Shown in pieces: positions 47,018 to 56,345 of a stretch of 64,000 bases of DNA. Under the pieces are notes generated by a model, which saw nothing but the letters and a program-made list of their open reading frames with translations, made no database searches and was not told where the DNA came from. The stretch's first letter is position 1; each line of letters begins with the position of its first letter. The position numbers were made by a program, and so were the translations under genes. This DNA comes from an uncultured Rikenellaceae bacterium (lineage in GTDB: Bacteria; Bacteroidota; Bacteroidia; Bacteroidales; VadinHA17), in contig CAYYIW010000003.1 in the NCBI GenBank assembly GCA_964472085.1, positions 2,893 through 66,892 on the forward strand, written 5' to 3'.

Positions 47018-49183
47018 ATGTTAAGGATCAGGTTTTTGCAGATACTGACATGTTCTTTGTTTTTAATTTCATTTGTCGGTCAGGCTGATGCACAGATGAG
47101 ACGAAGGAGAGGAAACAGGATTGAGGTAACGGGGTGGTCGGATGATTCTCATTTCATGTTAAGGACTTTTGATATTAATAATAATCCAGTAATAAAGAAG
47201 GTTGATGCTAGGACCGGCAAGTCGGTTGTAATACAGTCCGAAAAAACGGCAAGAGAGCTTTTGGCGGCTTCCATGCGTGAAGGAACATCACTGGCATACG
47301 GAGATATTATATCTCCCGACGGAAAATGCGTTGTTAAAAGCAGGAATAATGACCTGTTCTATTTCAGGCTTGGTGACAAGGAGTGGTCGAGACTTACTCA
47401 TGATGATATTCCTGAGGTTAATGTACGTTTCTCACCCGACGGCATAAAGCTGGCTTATACAAAGAACAAGGATCTGTATGCTTACGATCTTACTCGCAGG
47501 AAGGAGATAAGGCTTACAAGAGATGCCTCTGACAAGATTTACAACGCCTACGCTTCATGGGTTTATATGGAAGAGATACTTGAAAGATCGAGCCATTATG
47601 CAGCTTTCTGGTGGTCACCGGACAGTAAAAAAATAGCATACCTCAGAACAGATGAGAAAGATGTTCCGGTTTTTACCCTTAACAGGCTGGATGAGCCGGA
47701 TGGTATTCATGGAAGAATTGAAGCTACGCCTTATCCTAATCCAGGTGACCCAAACCCGAAAGTCCGGATGGGGATAGTTGATGTTGAAACAGCAAAAACT
47801 TACTGGGTGAAAACGGATTATAATGTAGACCAGTACCTGGCATGGCCGTTTTGGACTCCCGACAGTAAAAAACTTGCAGTCCAGGTTCTTAACCGCGACC
47901 AGAATGATCTTAAAATACTGCTTGCTGATCCTGCTGCGGATAAGACCAGGCAGATTTATGAGGAATCACGAAAAAGCTGGGTTGAGATCCATGAGGATAT
48001 CTATGTTATGAAAAACGGATCCGGTTTTATTGTAAGAAGCGACAGGAACAACTGGCAAAACCTTTATTATTATGACTGGGATGGAAATCTTATCAGCCAG
48101 CTTACAAACCTTAATTTCAGGGTAACAGGTATAGAAAGGGTAGATGAAGCCGGCAAGGAGGTATATTTCACAGCTACTGGCCCTGAATCAACAGATAGTC
48201 ATGCTTTCAGGGTTGGACTGGACGGTAAGAATCTTGTTCAGCTTACTTCAGGGGGAGGTACTCATAACATATCCATATCTCCTCAGGGATCTTATTATAT
48301 TGACACATGGAATTCTCTGGACAGTGCTGGTTCAATGATAGCATACAACAGGAAAGGGGAAAAGCTGAGAACTGTATACACTTTCGAACAACCGGTTTTC
48401 GATCCGTTGCGGAACTCCAGTTCCAAAATGATTAAGATAATGACATCTGACGGGCAATTTAACATGCCGGCAATAATTACGTATCCTGTCAATTTTGATC
48501 CATCAAAGAAATACCCGGTAGTCTTTACTATTTATGGAGGTCCAGATTCCAAAAATGTATATAACCGCTGGCGGGGCAGCACTCCTTCATGGTATTCAGA
48601 GAACGATATTATAACTTTTACTGTGGATCATCGTGGTTCGGGCCAGTTTGGGAGGAGGGGTCTGGATTATCTTTACCGTAATCTTGGTAAATGGGAGATA
48701 CTCGATTATGAAGACGCTGTTAAATGGTTAAGAACCAAGCCTTTTGTTGATTCAACTAAGATCGGTATCTCCGGCAGTTCTTATGGCGGTTACATGACAT
48801 GCATGGCACTTACTCGCGGTGCAGGTTACTGGACACATGGTTTTGCAGGTTCTTCTGTTACTGACTGGAGGTTGTATGACGACGTGTATACTGAGAGATA
48901 TATGGATACTCCTGTGGACAATCCGGAGGGATACAGGGAAAGTTCAACCCTCACATATGTCAGTAACTATAAAGGAAACTTATATATGACTCACGGGGAC
49001 ATGGATGATAATGTCCATTACCAGAACTCTATTTATCTGATATCAAGACTGGAGGACAACAACAAGGTATTCGGGTTTATGCTTTATCCTGGCGGACGTC
49101 ATGGCTGGGGCGGCGAAAAAGCAGTACATTCAGGGAATGAGGCCCATCGTTTCTGGTTAAGAAATTTTTTCGGAAAAGAATAA
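47018..49183 (+). CDS. S9B dipeptidyl-peptidase IV family protein
   Basis: WVYMEE, FWWSPD, GSSYGG (Ser), DDNV (Asp), GRHGW (His). Confidence 0.93.
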   Translation: MLRIRFLQILTCSLFLISFVGQADAQMRRRRGNRIEVTGWSDDSHFMLRTFDINNNPVIKKVDARTGKSVVIQSEKTARELLAASMREGTSLAYGDIISPDGKCVVKSRNNDLFYFRLGDKEWSRLTHDDIPEVNVRFSPDGIKLAYTKNKDLYAYDLTRRKEIRLTRDASDKIYNAYASWVYMEEILERSSHYAAFWWSPDSKKIAYLRTDEKDVPVFTLNRLDEPDGIHGRIEATPYPNPGDPNPKVRMGIVDVETAKTYWVKTDYNVDQYLAWPFWTPDSKKLAVQVLNRDQNDLKILLADPAADKTRQIYEESRKSWVEIHEDIYVMKNGSGFIVRSDRNNWQNLYYYDWDGNLISQLTNLNFRVTGIERVDEAGKEVYFTATGPESTDSHAFRVGLDGKNLVQLTSGGGTHNISISPQGSYYIDTWNSLDSAGSMIAYNRKGEKLRTVYTFEQPVFDPLRNSSSKMIKIMTSDGQFNMPAIITYPVNFDPSKKYPVVFTIYGGPDSKNVYNRWRGSTPSWYSENDIITFTVDHRGSGQFGRRGLDYLYRNLGKWEILDYEDAVKWLRTKPFVDSTKIGISGSSYGGYMTCMALTRGAGYWTHGFAGSSVTDWRLYDDVYTERYMDTPVDNPEGYRESSTLTYVSNYKGNLYMTHGDMDDNVHYQNSIYLISRLEDNNKVFGFMLYPGGRHGWGGEKAVHSGNEAHRFWLRNFFGKE

Positions 49184-49231
49184 GGATATTTAACTTAATA
49201 CTCTAAATTTCAAAATCCAAACACAACTTTT

Positions 49232-50362
49232 ATGATAATAGGTATTCTCAAAGAACAAGGATCTGAAAACAGGGTGGCAATACTACCCGGGGAGGTTTCA
49301 GTCCTTAAAAAAATGGGTATTGAAGTATTAACGGAGCACGGAGCCGGAGCCCGGGCTTACGCTACCGATGATGAATATTCCGGGGCAGGAGCAACTCTGA
49401 AATCAAGGAAAGAGGTTATTTCTGAGGCTGCAATGCTGCTATCGGTAAACCCTCCGGTTGATGACAAAATTGATTCCTTCAGTGAGGACCAGATCCTCTG
49501 CTCAGTACTCAATCCCGTTGAGAACAGGGAATGGCTTGAGAAAGCCAGGATCAGGGGACTGACGGTATTGGCGCTTGATCTGATACCCAGGACAACAAGG
49601 GCACAGTCGATGGACATCCTCTCTTCTATGGCCACTGTTTCCGGTTACAAGGCAGTATTGGATGCTGCAGCACTGTTGCCAAGGTTCTTCCCTATGTTTA
49701 TGTCTGCAGCAGGAACGATTAAGCCAGCCCGTGTACTTGTACTTGGTGCAGGTGTGGCAGGACTTCAGGCAATTGCCATATCCCGTAAGCTTGGTGCTGT
49801 AGTTGAAGTCTTTGATGTTCGTTCAGCTGTTAAAGAAGAGGTAAAAAGCCTGGGAGGAAAATTTATAGAGGTTGAAGGTGCCAAAGAGGATGCCTCTGCT
49901 GGTGGTTATGCTGTTGAGCAGACAGAGGAGTTTAAAAAGAAACAGCAGGAACTTATTCAGCAAAGAGCCATCGCATCTGATGTTGTAATAGCCACGGCAC
50001 AGATCCCGGGGAAAATAGCACCTGTACTGCTATTAAAAGATACAGTGAACAAGATGCGACCCGGTTCGGTAATCGTTGATCTCGCTGCATCGACAGGAGG
50101 AAACTGCGAATTGACAGAAAATAGTAAAACCATAATAGTAAATGGCGTAAATATTATAGGTAAATCCGATTATCCTTCAGCGATGCCAACTGATGCAAGT
50201 AAAATGTTTGGTAATAACCTGATCAACCTCCTTAAAATAATGGTAGACGGAGAGGGAGAACTTGCTCTTAATATGGAGGATGAAATAATTAACGGAACAA
50301 CCGCGGTTCATTCAAAAGAATATATTAGTCAGCGGGTAAAACAATTGCTAAATATTAAATAA
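49232..50362 (+). CDS. pntA: NAD(P) transhydrogenase alpha subunit part 1 (dI)
   Basis: RAQSMDILSS, GYKAV, GAGVAGLQA, TAQIPG, GGNCE. Confidence 0.95.
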   Translation: MIIGILKEQGSENRVAILPGEVSVLKKMGIEVLTEHGAGARAYATDDEYSGAGATLKSRKEVISEAAMLLSVNPPVDDKIDSFSEDQILCSVLNPVENREWLEKARIRGLTVLALDLIPRTTRAQSMDILSSMATVSGYKAVLDAAALLPRFFPMFMSAAGTIKPARVLVLGAGVAGLQAIAISRKLGAVVEVFDVRSAVKEEVKSLGGKFIEVEGAKEDASAGGYAVEQTEEFKKKQQELIQQRAIASDVVIATAQIPGKIAPVLLLKDTVNKMRPGSVIVDLAASTGGNCELTENSKTIIVNGVNIIGKSDYPSAMPTDASKMFGNNLINLLKIMVDGEGELALNMEDEIINGTTAVHSKEYISQRVKQLLNIK

Positions 50363-50370
50363 TATATATC

Positions 50371-50673
50371 ATGGAAGACTTTTTAAAATTTTTCTTACTG
50401 CACAGGGAAGCTATTTTTATAGTAATACTTTCAATATTTCTTGGAATTGAAGTGATCAGTCATGTCCCGGCTATTCTTCACACTCCGCTTATGTCGGGCG
50501 CCAATGCTATCCATGGTGTGGTAATAATTGGGGCTATAATCGTTATGGGCCATGCAGAAACCACAGGAAGTCTTATTCTCGGTTTTCTTGCAGTAGTACT
50601 GGGGACTCTGAATGTTGTCGGAGGTTTTGTCGTTACTGACAGGATGCTGGAAATGTTCAAGAAGAAGAAATAG
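50371..50673 (+). CDS. pntA: NAD(P) transhydrogenase alpha subunit part 2 (membrane)
   Basis: LHTPLMSGANAIHG, NVVGGFVVTDRMLEMF. Confidence 0.94.
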   Translation: MEDFLKFFLLHREAIFIVILSIFLGIEVISHVPAILHTPLMSGANAIHGVVIIGAIIVMGHAETTGSLILGFLAVVLGTLNVVGGFVVTDRMLEMFKKKK

Positions 50674-50709
50674 TTAAACCTGATCACAAAAAATTAAAAA
50701 TTCGGATCT

Positions 50710-52146
50710 ATGAACCAGTTACCTCAACTATATACAGGAGACGCAATCTTAGAGATCACATACATAATTACTTCGGTACTTTTTATTATCGGACTGAAGA
50801 TGTTAAGCCATCCCCTTACCGCACGCCGTGGAAACTTCCTTGCTGCAATCGGCATGGTGATGGCAATAATAGCGACATTTCTTTTTCATCATAAAGATGG
50901 TAAGCCAATTGGCAATATAGGTTTAATTCTTGTTGCAATGGTTATAGGGACCATTATCGGATGGGTGATAGCCAAAAGGGTTAAAATGACTGCGATGCCA
51001 CAACTTGTTTCTTTCTTTAACGGGATGGGGGGGGCTGCTGCGGCTCTCATTTCAATGATGGAATTCCCGCATATAAGACCCGAACTTATTGCAAAGAGCG
51101 GTATGGCCAATGGTGAAGTACTCGCTATTCTGCTCGGACTTATGATTGGTACAGTATCCTGGGCAGGAAGTATGATAGCCTTCGGCAAGCTGGACGGGAA
51201 AATAGGCGATTTGCGAATAAAAGCCATGCGTTATGTAAACCTGACCCTGTTGGTCTTCCTCATTGGTTTTATTGTGTTTATCATGACACGACATGTACAG
51301 GCTAGCAGCGAGCTTACACCTCTTATATATGTAATGTTTGCTGTTTCTGTACTATATGGTGTACTGTTTGTTATGCCTATCGGAGGTGCGGATATGCCTG
51401 TCGTGATATCACTCCTGAACTCTTTTACAGGTGTGGCAGCAGCTATGGGTGGATTCCTTTATAATAACCAGGCCATGCTGACAGGAGGTATACTTGTCGG
51501 ATCAGCAGGTACCATCCTTACTGTACTGATGTGTAAGGCCATGAACCGTTCACTGTTCAACGTTATTATTGGTGTATTCGGTGGGACAGGCGAAGCACAC
51601 GCAGATGGAGGAGGAACGGTTAAAGAGATCTCCATATCTGATGCTGCCGTTCTTCTGAGTTATTCAAAAAAAGTGGTCATCGTACCCGGTTACGGACTTG
51701 CTGTAGCACAGGCACAGCATATATGCCACGAGATGGATAAGCTCCTTGATGAAAAGGGAGTGGAAGTTAAATATGCTATTCATCCGGTTGCCGGACGTAT
51801 GCCCGGTCACATGAACGTGTTGCTGGCTGAAGCGGATGTGCCTTATGAAGAGCTTGTTGAGAGTGATGAAATAAATCCGGATCTTCCAAATACTGATGTT
51901 GTTGTGGTTATAGGAGCCAACGATGTTGTTAACCCTGCTGCTGAGGATGATCCGTCAAGCCCTATATATGGTATGCCCATCATAAAAGCAAGAGACGCAA
52001 AGAATATTATAGTAATGAAGCGTGGAATGGGGAAAGGATATGCTGCCATAGAGAACATGCTTTTCTTCAATGATAAGACAAGGATGCTTTTCGGTGATGC
52101 TAAAGCTTCATTGCAGAATCTTGTCAACGAAATAAAAGACCTGTAG
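50710..52146 (+). CDS. pntB: NAD(P) transhydrogenase beta subunit
   Basis: MTAMPQLV, GGADMPVVISLLNS, VPGYGLAVAQ, HPVAGRMPGH, GANDVVNP. Confidence 0.97.
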   Translation: MNQLPQLYTGDAILEITYIITSVLFIIGLKMLSHPLTARRGNFLAAIGMVMAIIATFLFHHKDGKPIGNIGLILVAMVIGTIIGWVIAKRVKMTAMPQLVSFFNGMGGAAAALISMMEFPHIRPELIAKSGMANGEVLAILLGLMIGTVSWAGSMIAFGKLDGKIGDLRIKAMRYVNLTLLVFLIGFIVFIMTRHVQASSELTPLIYVMFAVSVLYGVLFVMPIGGADMPVVISLLNSFTGVAAAMGGFLYNNQAMLTGGILVGSAGTILTVLMCKAMNRSLFNVIIGVFGGTGEAHADGGGTVKEISISDAAVLLSYSKKVVIVPGYGLAVAQAQHICHEMDKLLDEKGVEVKYAIHPVAGRMPGHMNVLLAEADVPYEELVESDEINPDLPNTDVVVVIGANDVVNPAAEDDPSSPIYGMPIIKARDAKNIIVMKRGMGKGYAAIENMLFFNDKTRMLFGDAKASLQNLVNEIKDL

Positions 52147-52177
52147 CTCATTAAGCAGGTAATAAAAATGTTTTAAT

Positions 52178-53968
52178 ATGAATGTTTACGCAGAGAGGCT
52201 CGCTGCTCTTAGGGGATCATTAGAGGAAAGGAACATTGATTACCTTCTTATTCCTTCTTCAGATCCTCATATGGGTGAGTATATCCCTGAACACTGGAGA
52301 ATTATAGCGTGGCTTACCGGTTTTACCGGATCAGCAGGTACCGTTGTAGTATCACAGTCTTTCGCAGGCCTGTGGACCGATTCACGTTATCATATACAGG
52401 CTGAATACCAGTTGAAAGGTAGCGGCTTCATGCTTGTAAAGCAGATATACAGTGGGAGCACCGATTATGTTGAATGGCTTTCAGAAAATATTTCATCCGG
52501 TCAGCGTCTGTGTTTTGACGGCCGGATTGTACCGGTAGGACTATTAAGAAAACTGGAGAATGCTCTTGATGGCGGGAAAGGGATGATCGATATCGAATGT
52601 GATACTGTAACGGCATTATGGACCGATCGCCCGGCAATGTCTGCTGATCAGGCATTTGATCTTTCGGTGGAATTTGCCGGAAAGGACAGAAAAACGAAAA
52701 TAGCCGAGGTAAGGGCGGAAATGAATAAAGCCGGTGTAACACATCATCTTCTGACTTCTCCTGATGATGTAATGTGGTTGCTTAATATTCGTGGTAATGA
52801 TGTCAGGTATACTCCTCTTTTAATGTCATTTGCCCTGGTGGGGCAGAGCCATATACTGTTATTTGTTGATGAGAGCAAGGTGCCTTATAAGCTTGCTTCC
52901 GAATTGGATAAATTGTCTGTTGTGATGCTCCCCTATGAGGAGACAGCAGGAATGCTGACAACCCTGGAGGAGGGATCCGTTATATTGCTTAATCCCGCTA
53001 CTGTTTCTGCTTCTCTCTACAATTCAATTCCTAGGTATGTTAAAATCGTTGAGGATGTCACTGTGCCCACGAAGATGAAATCGATAAAGAATAAGGTGGA
53101 AATAGCAAATCTGGAGAAGGTGATGATTTCTGATGGTGTGGCCCTGACGCGGTTTTTCCACTGGATTGAATCCAATTTAGGATCAATACCTATGTCAGAG
53201 CTTTCCCTGACAGACAGGCTTAATCACATCAGGCTTGAACAGGAAAATTGCCTGGGCCCAAGTTTCTGCCCTATCATAGCTTATAATGAACATGCCGCAC
53301 TCCCTCATTATTCAGCTACTTCCGATACCGATTATGTTTTAGGTACTGATGGTATTTTACTGGTCGATTCAGGTGGTCAGTACCTCGGAGGAACAACCGA
53401 TATAACAAGGACAATTACACTAGGTCAGCCTTTTGAAAAGCAGAAGAAAGATTTTACACTTGTCCTTAAAGGTACTATTGACCTTTCCATGCTGAAATTC
53501 CCGTATGGTACAAGGGGAGTTCAGATAGATATGATGGCACGCAGGGCGCTGTGGGACAGCGGTTTGAATTATGGCCATGGTACAGGTCACGGAGTAGGAT
53601 TCTGCCTGAGTGTTCATGAAGGACCGATGGGGATCGCTCCCGGAGTAACAGCTACTTCAAAGACAGTACTCGAACCGGGAATTCTGATATCCGATGAACC
53701 AGGCATTTACCGTGAGGGTGAGTATGGTATCAGGACGGAGAACCTGTTGTTGTGTTATGAAGATGAGATGACCGATTTCGGCAGGTTTCTAAGGTTCCAT
53801 ACCGCATCACTCTGTTATATTGACAGGTCTCTTATCGATGATACACTGCTGAATCAGGAAGAAAAGGACTGGCTAAATACCTATCATGAAGAGGTGTTTG
53901 ACAGGCTTTCTCCTTTCCTCTCAGGTGAAGAAAAGACATGGTTGCGGACAAAGACCTCCCGGCTGTAA
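52178..53968 (+). CDS. Aminopeptidase P family (M24B, long form)
   Basis: SDPHMGEY, GFTGSAG, DSGGQYLGGTTD, HGTGHGVG, VHEGP, DEPG, GIRTE. Confidence 0.93.
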   Translation: MNVYAERLAALRGSLEERNIDYLLIPSSDPHMGEYIPEHWRIIAWLTGFTGSAGTVVVSQSFAGLWTDSRYHIQAEYQLKGSGFMLVKQIYSGSTDYVEWLSENISSGQRLCFDGRIVPVGLLRKLENALDGGKGMIDIECDTVTALWTDRPAMSADQAFDLSVEFAGKDRKTKIAEVRAEMNKAGVTHHLLTSPDDVMWLLNIRGNDVRYTPLLMSFALVGQSHILLFVDESKVPYKLASELDKLSVVMLPYEETAGMLTTLEEGSVILLNPATVSASLYNSIPRYVKIVEDVTVPTKMKSIKNKVEIANLEKVMISDGVALTRFFHWIESNLGSIPMSELSLTDRLNHIRLEQENCLGPSFCPIIAYNEHAALPHYSATSDTDYVLGTDGILLVDSGGQYLGGTTDITRTITLGQPFEKQKKDFTLVLKGTIDLSMLKFPYGTRGVQIDMMARRALWDSGLNYGHGTGHGVGFCLSVHEGPMGIAPGVTATSKTVLEPGILISDEPGIYREGEYGIRTENLLLCYEDEMTDFGRFLRFHTASLCYIDRSLIDDTLLNQEEKDWLNTYHEEVFDRLSPFLSGEEKTWLRTKTSRL

Positions 53969-53985
53969 AATGAGCGGGATAAATT

Positions 53986-56055
53986 CTATCTCGCAGGTTT
54001 CATCACATCTTCCATTAGCGTAACATCCATAACAGGGAACTCTGTTATTCTTAGTTTTGCGCATCCGTAGGGTACCAGCTTTATTATTTCCGGATCTCCT
54101 TCCGGCTTAACAGGACTTAACGGTGGAATATCGGCAGAATTATCCTTCATGGTCCATTCCGGGATCCTTATGCCACGTGTGGTTATTACCAGGGGAGCAT
54201 CCTGTGTTACTTTTACATACCTTCCTGAATCAGAGGACCATACCATATCGCCTTTATCCGCAAACGGATACTTACCCACAGGATTCTCTGCCAGTTTCAT
54301 GTTGCGCATGACATTATTCCTGTCGATAAGGAGACCGTAATTCCAGGGACTGAGGGGAGATATCTGCCAGTCGACACTTCCCCTGTAGCCGAAGTTATCA
54401 TAGTTGATCTTAACACTCTTATAGTCTTTATCAATGCGAAGGGAAAAATAGAGAGGTCCCCTTTGGACAGACAAGGCCCTGTTATACCTTTGTTCAACCC
54501 TTATTTTCATTGGTATTTCAACTGATACCAGGTCGCCGTCTTTCCATCTTCTGTCCACCATGAATTCTGAACCACCTTTGACAGTCTTGCTCTGATTCTT
54601 ATATTTTATTATTACAGAATCCGCCCATCCCGGTGCCCTAAGGTAAAGAGGAAACCTGACCGGGTGTTCCATTTTCATTGTCAGCCTGACCGATCCGTTA
54701 AACGGATAATCAGTATCTTCTGTTATTTTAACCTTTTTACCATTGGCTACCTTTGCAGTTACAGATGAAGGGCCATATGTAACTAGTGCCAGGCCATTGT
54801 CATTGGTAGCCATCCACATACTTTCAACAAATTTGGGCCAGCCCTGGTGCATATTGGCAAGACAACAAGCGAAATTGGGCATCAGGCCGTAGATATTAGA
54901 GTAATCTCCATTGCTGCTCCAGTCGCGTTTTGCACCTGAAACAAGTACCTGGTTCGATTGCTGATCATATTGGTGTGACCACATATCAGGCATCGTGGTC
55001 CCGGGCAGCGAATTATAGGTCAGTAATTCAATCCTGTCAGCCAGACTGTTTTCACCAAGAATCTCATACAACTCTTCGAGTGAAAACATGTATTCAACAA
55101 CCGAGCATAGTTCTGTTCCCCTGTTTGGAGTATTGCCTGAAAGGTGCTCATCGCCCGAGAACCTGCCTCCTGCCTGACCATGATTGATGTCATACTTCCT
55201 GATGCCGGCAAGAACAGCATCTTTGTACCTGTCATCCTTTGACTGCTGATACCATAAGCCCGGATATTTTATTGCCATGGCATTGTTGACCACATGGGCT
55301 GTAAGACCGACAGAACCCCAGTTAAGAGGGATCTTTTTATCTACAACAGCAGCTGAATCCCACGGGAATTTTTCATAGTATGAAGTCCAGTCAAAGCTGT
55401 TATTCTGTATCGATTTGACCGTTTCAAGCAACCATGGTTCTCCCGTCTGCCTGTAGAGCCAGTACCCGGTGACTGCATTTTCCATAGCCCTTACCCCCCT
55501 CCATTCCTTATCGGGCCAGTCAGGAGGTGTATCATGCAGGTATCTGAAATATTTCATAAGTACATCCAGTGCTCTTTTGTCACCGCTTCCCTCGTAATAT
55601 TGCATAAGTACTTTATTGGCTACTGCAAGGGGCCATCTGTCCTTATTTTTAGACGGACCATACCAGCCGCTGTCAGTACTGCTGGCTATTATCGGTTCAA
55701 TCCATCTTTTCACTTTCTGAATGAGAGTATCATTATTCAGCTCGTAGGCAAGGGGTACAAGACCATCGAGATAATAGGGCCCTCTTTCCCATGCTTCACC
55801 ATCCTTGCCTCTCCATGATGAATTAACAAGGTCGGGCCAGAAATCATCGAGGTTTCCGGTAAGTCCTGATGCCTGATCCTCAAGCTGTGACAGCAACCAT
55901 CCTTCAGGCCTGACAGCACCAAGGGGTAGCTTAATATATGCATTCTTGTGCAACTCGGGAGGGTTGCCTTTATAGTTAACATTAATGTTTCCTTCATTAC
56001 ATGATGCGAATAATAAGAGCAAAGAGGCCAGAACGGGTAAAAGGTATTTTTTCAT
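53986..56055 (-). CDS. GH127-family glycoside hydrolase (beta-L-arabinofuranosidase-like), lipoprotein
   Basis: Lipobox-like FASC, WERGPYYLDG, HVVN, GDEHL, TELCSVVE, FACCLANMHQGWPK. Confidence 0.88.
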   Translation of the reverse strand: MKKYLLPVLASLLLLFASCNEGNINVNYKGNPPELHKNAYIKLPLGAVRPEGWLLSQLEDQASGLTGNLDDFWPDLVNSSWRGKDGEAWERGPYYLDGLVPLAYELNNDTLIQKVKRWIEPIIASSTDSGWYGPSKNKDRWPLAVANKVLMQYYEGSGDKRALDVLMKYFRYLHDTPPDWPDKEWRGVRAMENAVTGYWLYRQTGEPWLLETVKSIQNNSFDWTSYYEKFPWDSAAVVDKKIPLNWGSVGLTAHVVNNAMAIKYPGLWYQQSKDDRYKDAVLAGIRKYDINHGQAGGRFSGDEHLSGNTPNRGTELCSVVEYMFSLEELYEILGENSLADRIELLTYNSLPGTTMPDMWSHQYDQQSNQVLVSGAKRDWSSNGDYSNIYGLMPNFACCLANMHQGWPKFVESMWMATNDNGLALVTYGPSSVTAKVANGKKVKITEDTDYPFNGSVRLTMKMEHPVRFPLYLRAPGWADSVIIKYKNQSKTVKGGSEFMVDRRWKDGDLVSVEIPMKIRVEQRYNRALSVQRGPLYFSLRIDKDYKSVKINYDNFGYRGSVDWQISPLSPWNYGLLIDRNNVMRNMKLAENPVGKYPFADKGDMVWSSDSGRYVKVTQDAPLVITTRGIRIPEWTMKDNSADIPPLSPVKPEGDPEIIKLVPYGCAKLRITEFPVMDVTLMEDVMKPAR

Positions 56056-56183
56056 TGTAAAAGTATTTATACAGGCGATGATCCCGATTTCAGGTAAATG
56101 TATAAAACTTTAACCGGATGTTGCATCTGGAGCCGAAATTATAACAAAGAATCAATGATGATGAAAGCCTGATTCTGAAAGCT

Positions 56184-56212
56184 GTCATTCGGTAGTCATT
56201 CACTAGTCATTC
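56184..56212. repeat. Three GTCATTC direct repeats at 11-bp period
   Basis: GTCATTC at 56184, 56195 and 56206. Confidence 0.6.
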
Positions 56213-56254
56213 AATGGTTAATCAACTGGCATTGATGGCCTGACACTCAGCAAT

Positions 56255-56282
56255 CCCCTCCTGGGAGGGGCGGGAGTGGGTT
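56255..56282. repeat. REP-like hairpin CCCCTCC-TG-GGAGGGG with a G-rich tail
   Basis: Perfect 7-bp inverted repeat followed by CGGGAGTGGGTT. Confidence 0.55.
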
Positions 56283-56345
56283 GATTTTGGTTCACGGAGT
56301 AACAAACCAATGACAATGTATCACGATCCGCAGGACCCAAATCCT

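Noticed and set aside
49232-50673. Split pntA as a pseudogene
   Set aside because: The alpha1/alpha2/beta three-gene layout is an established transhydrogenase architecture, and both parts have clean starts and stops.
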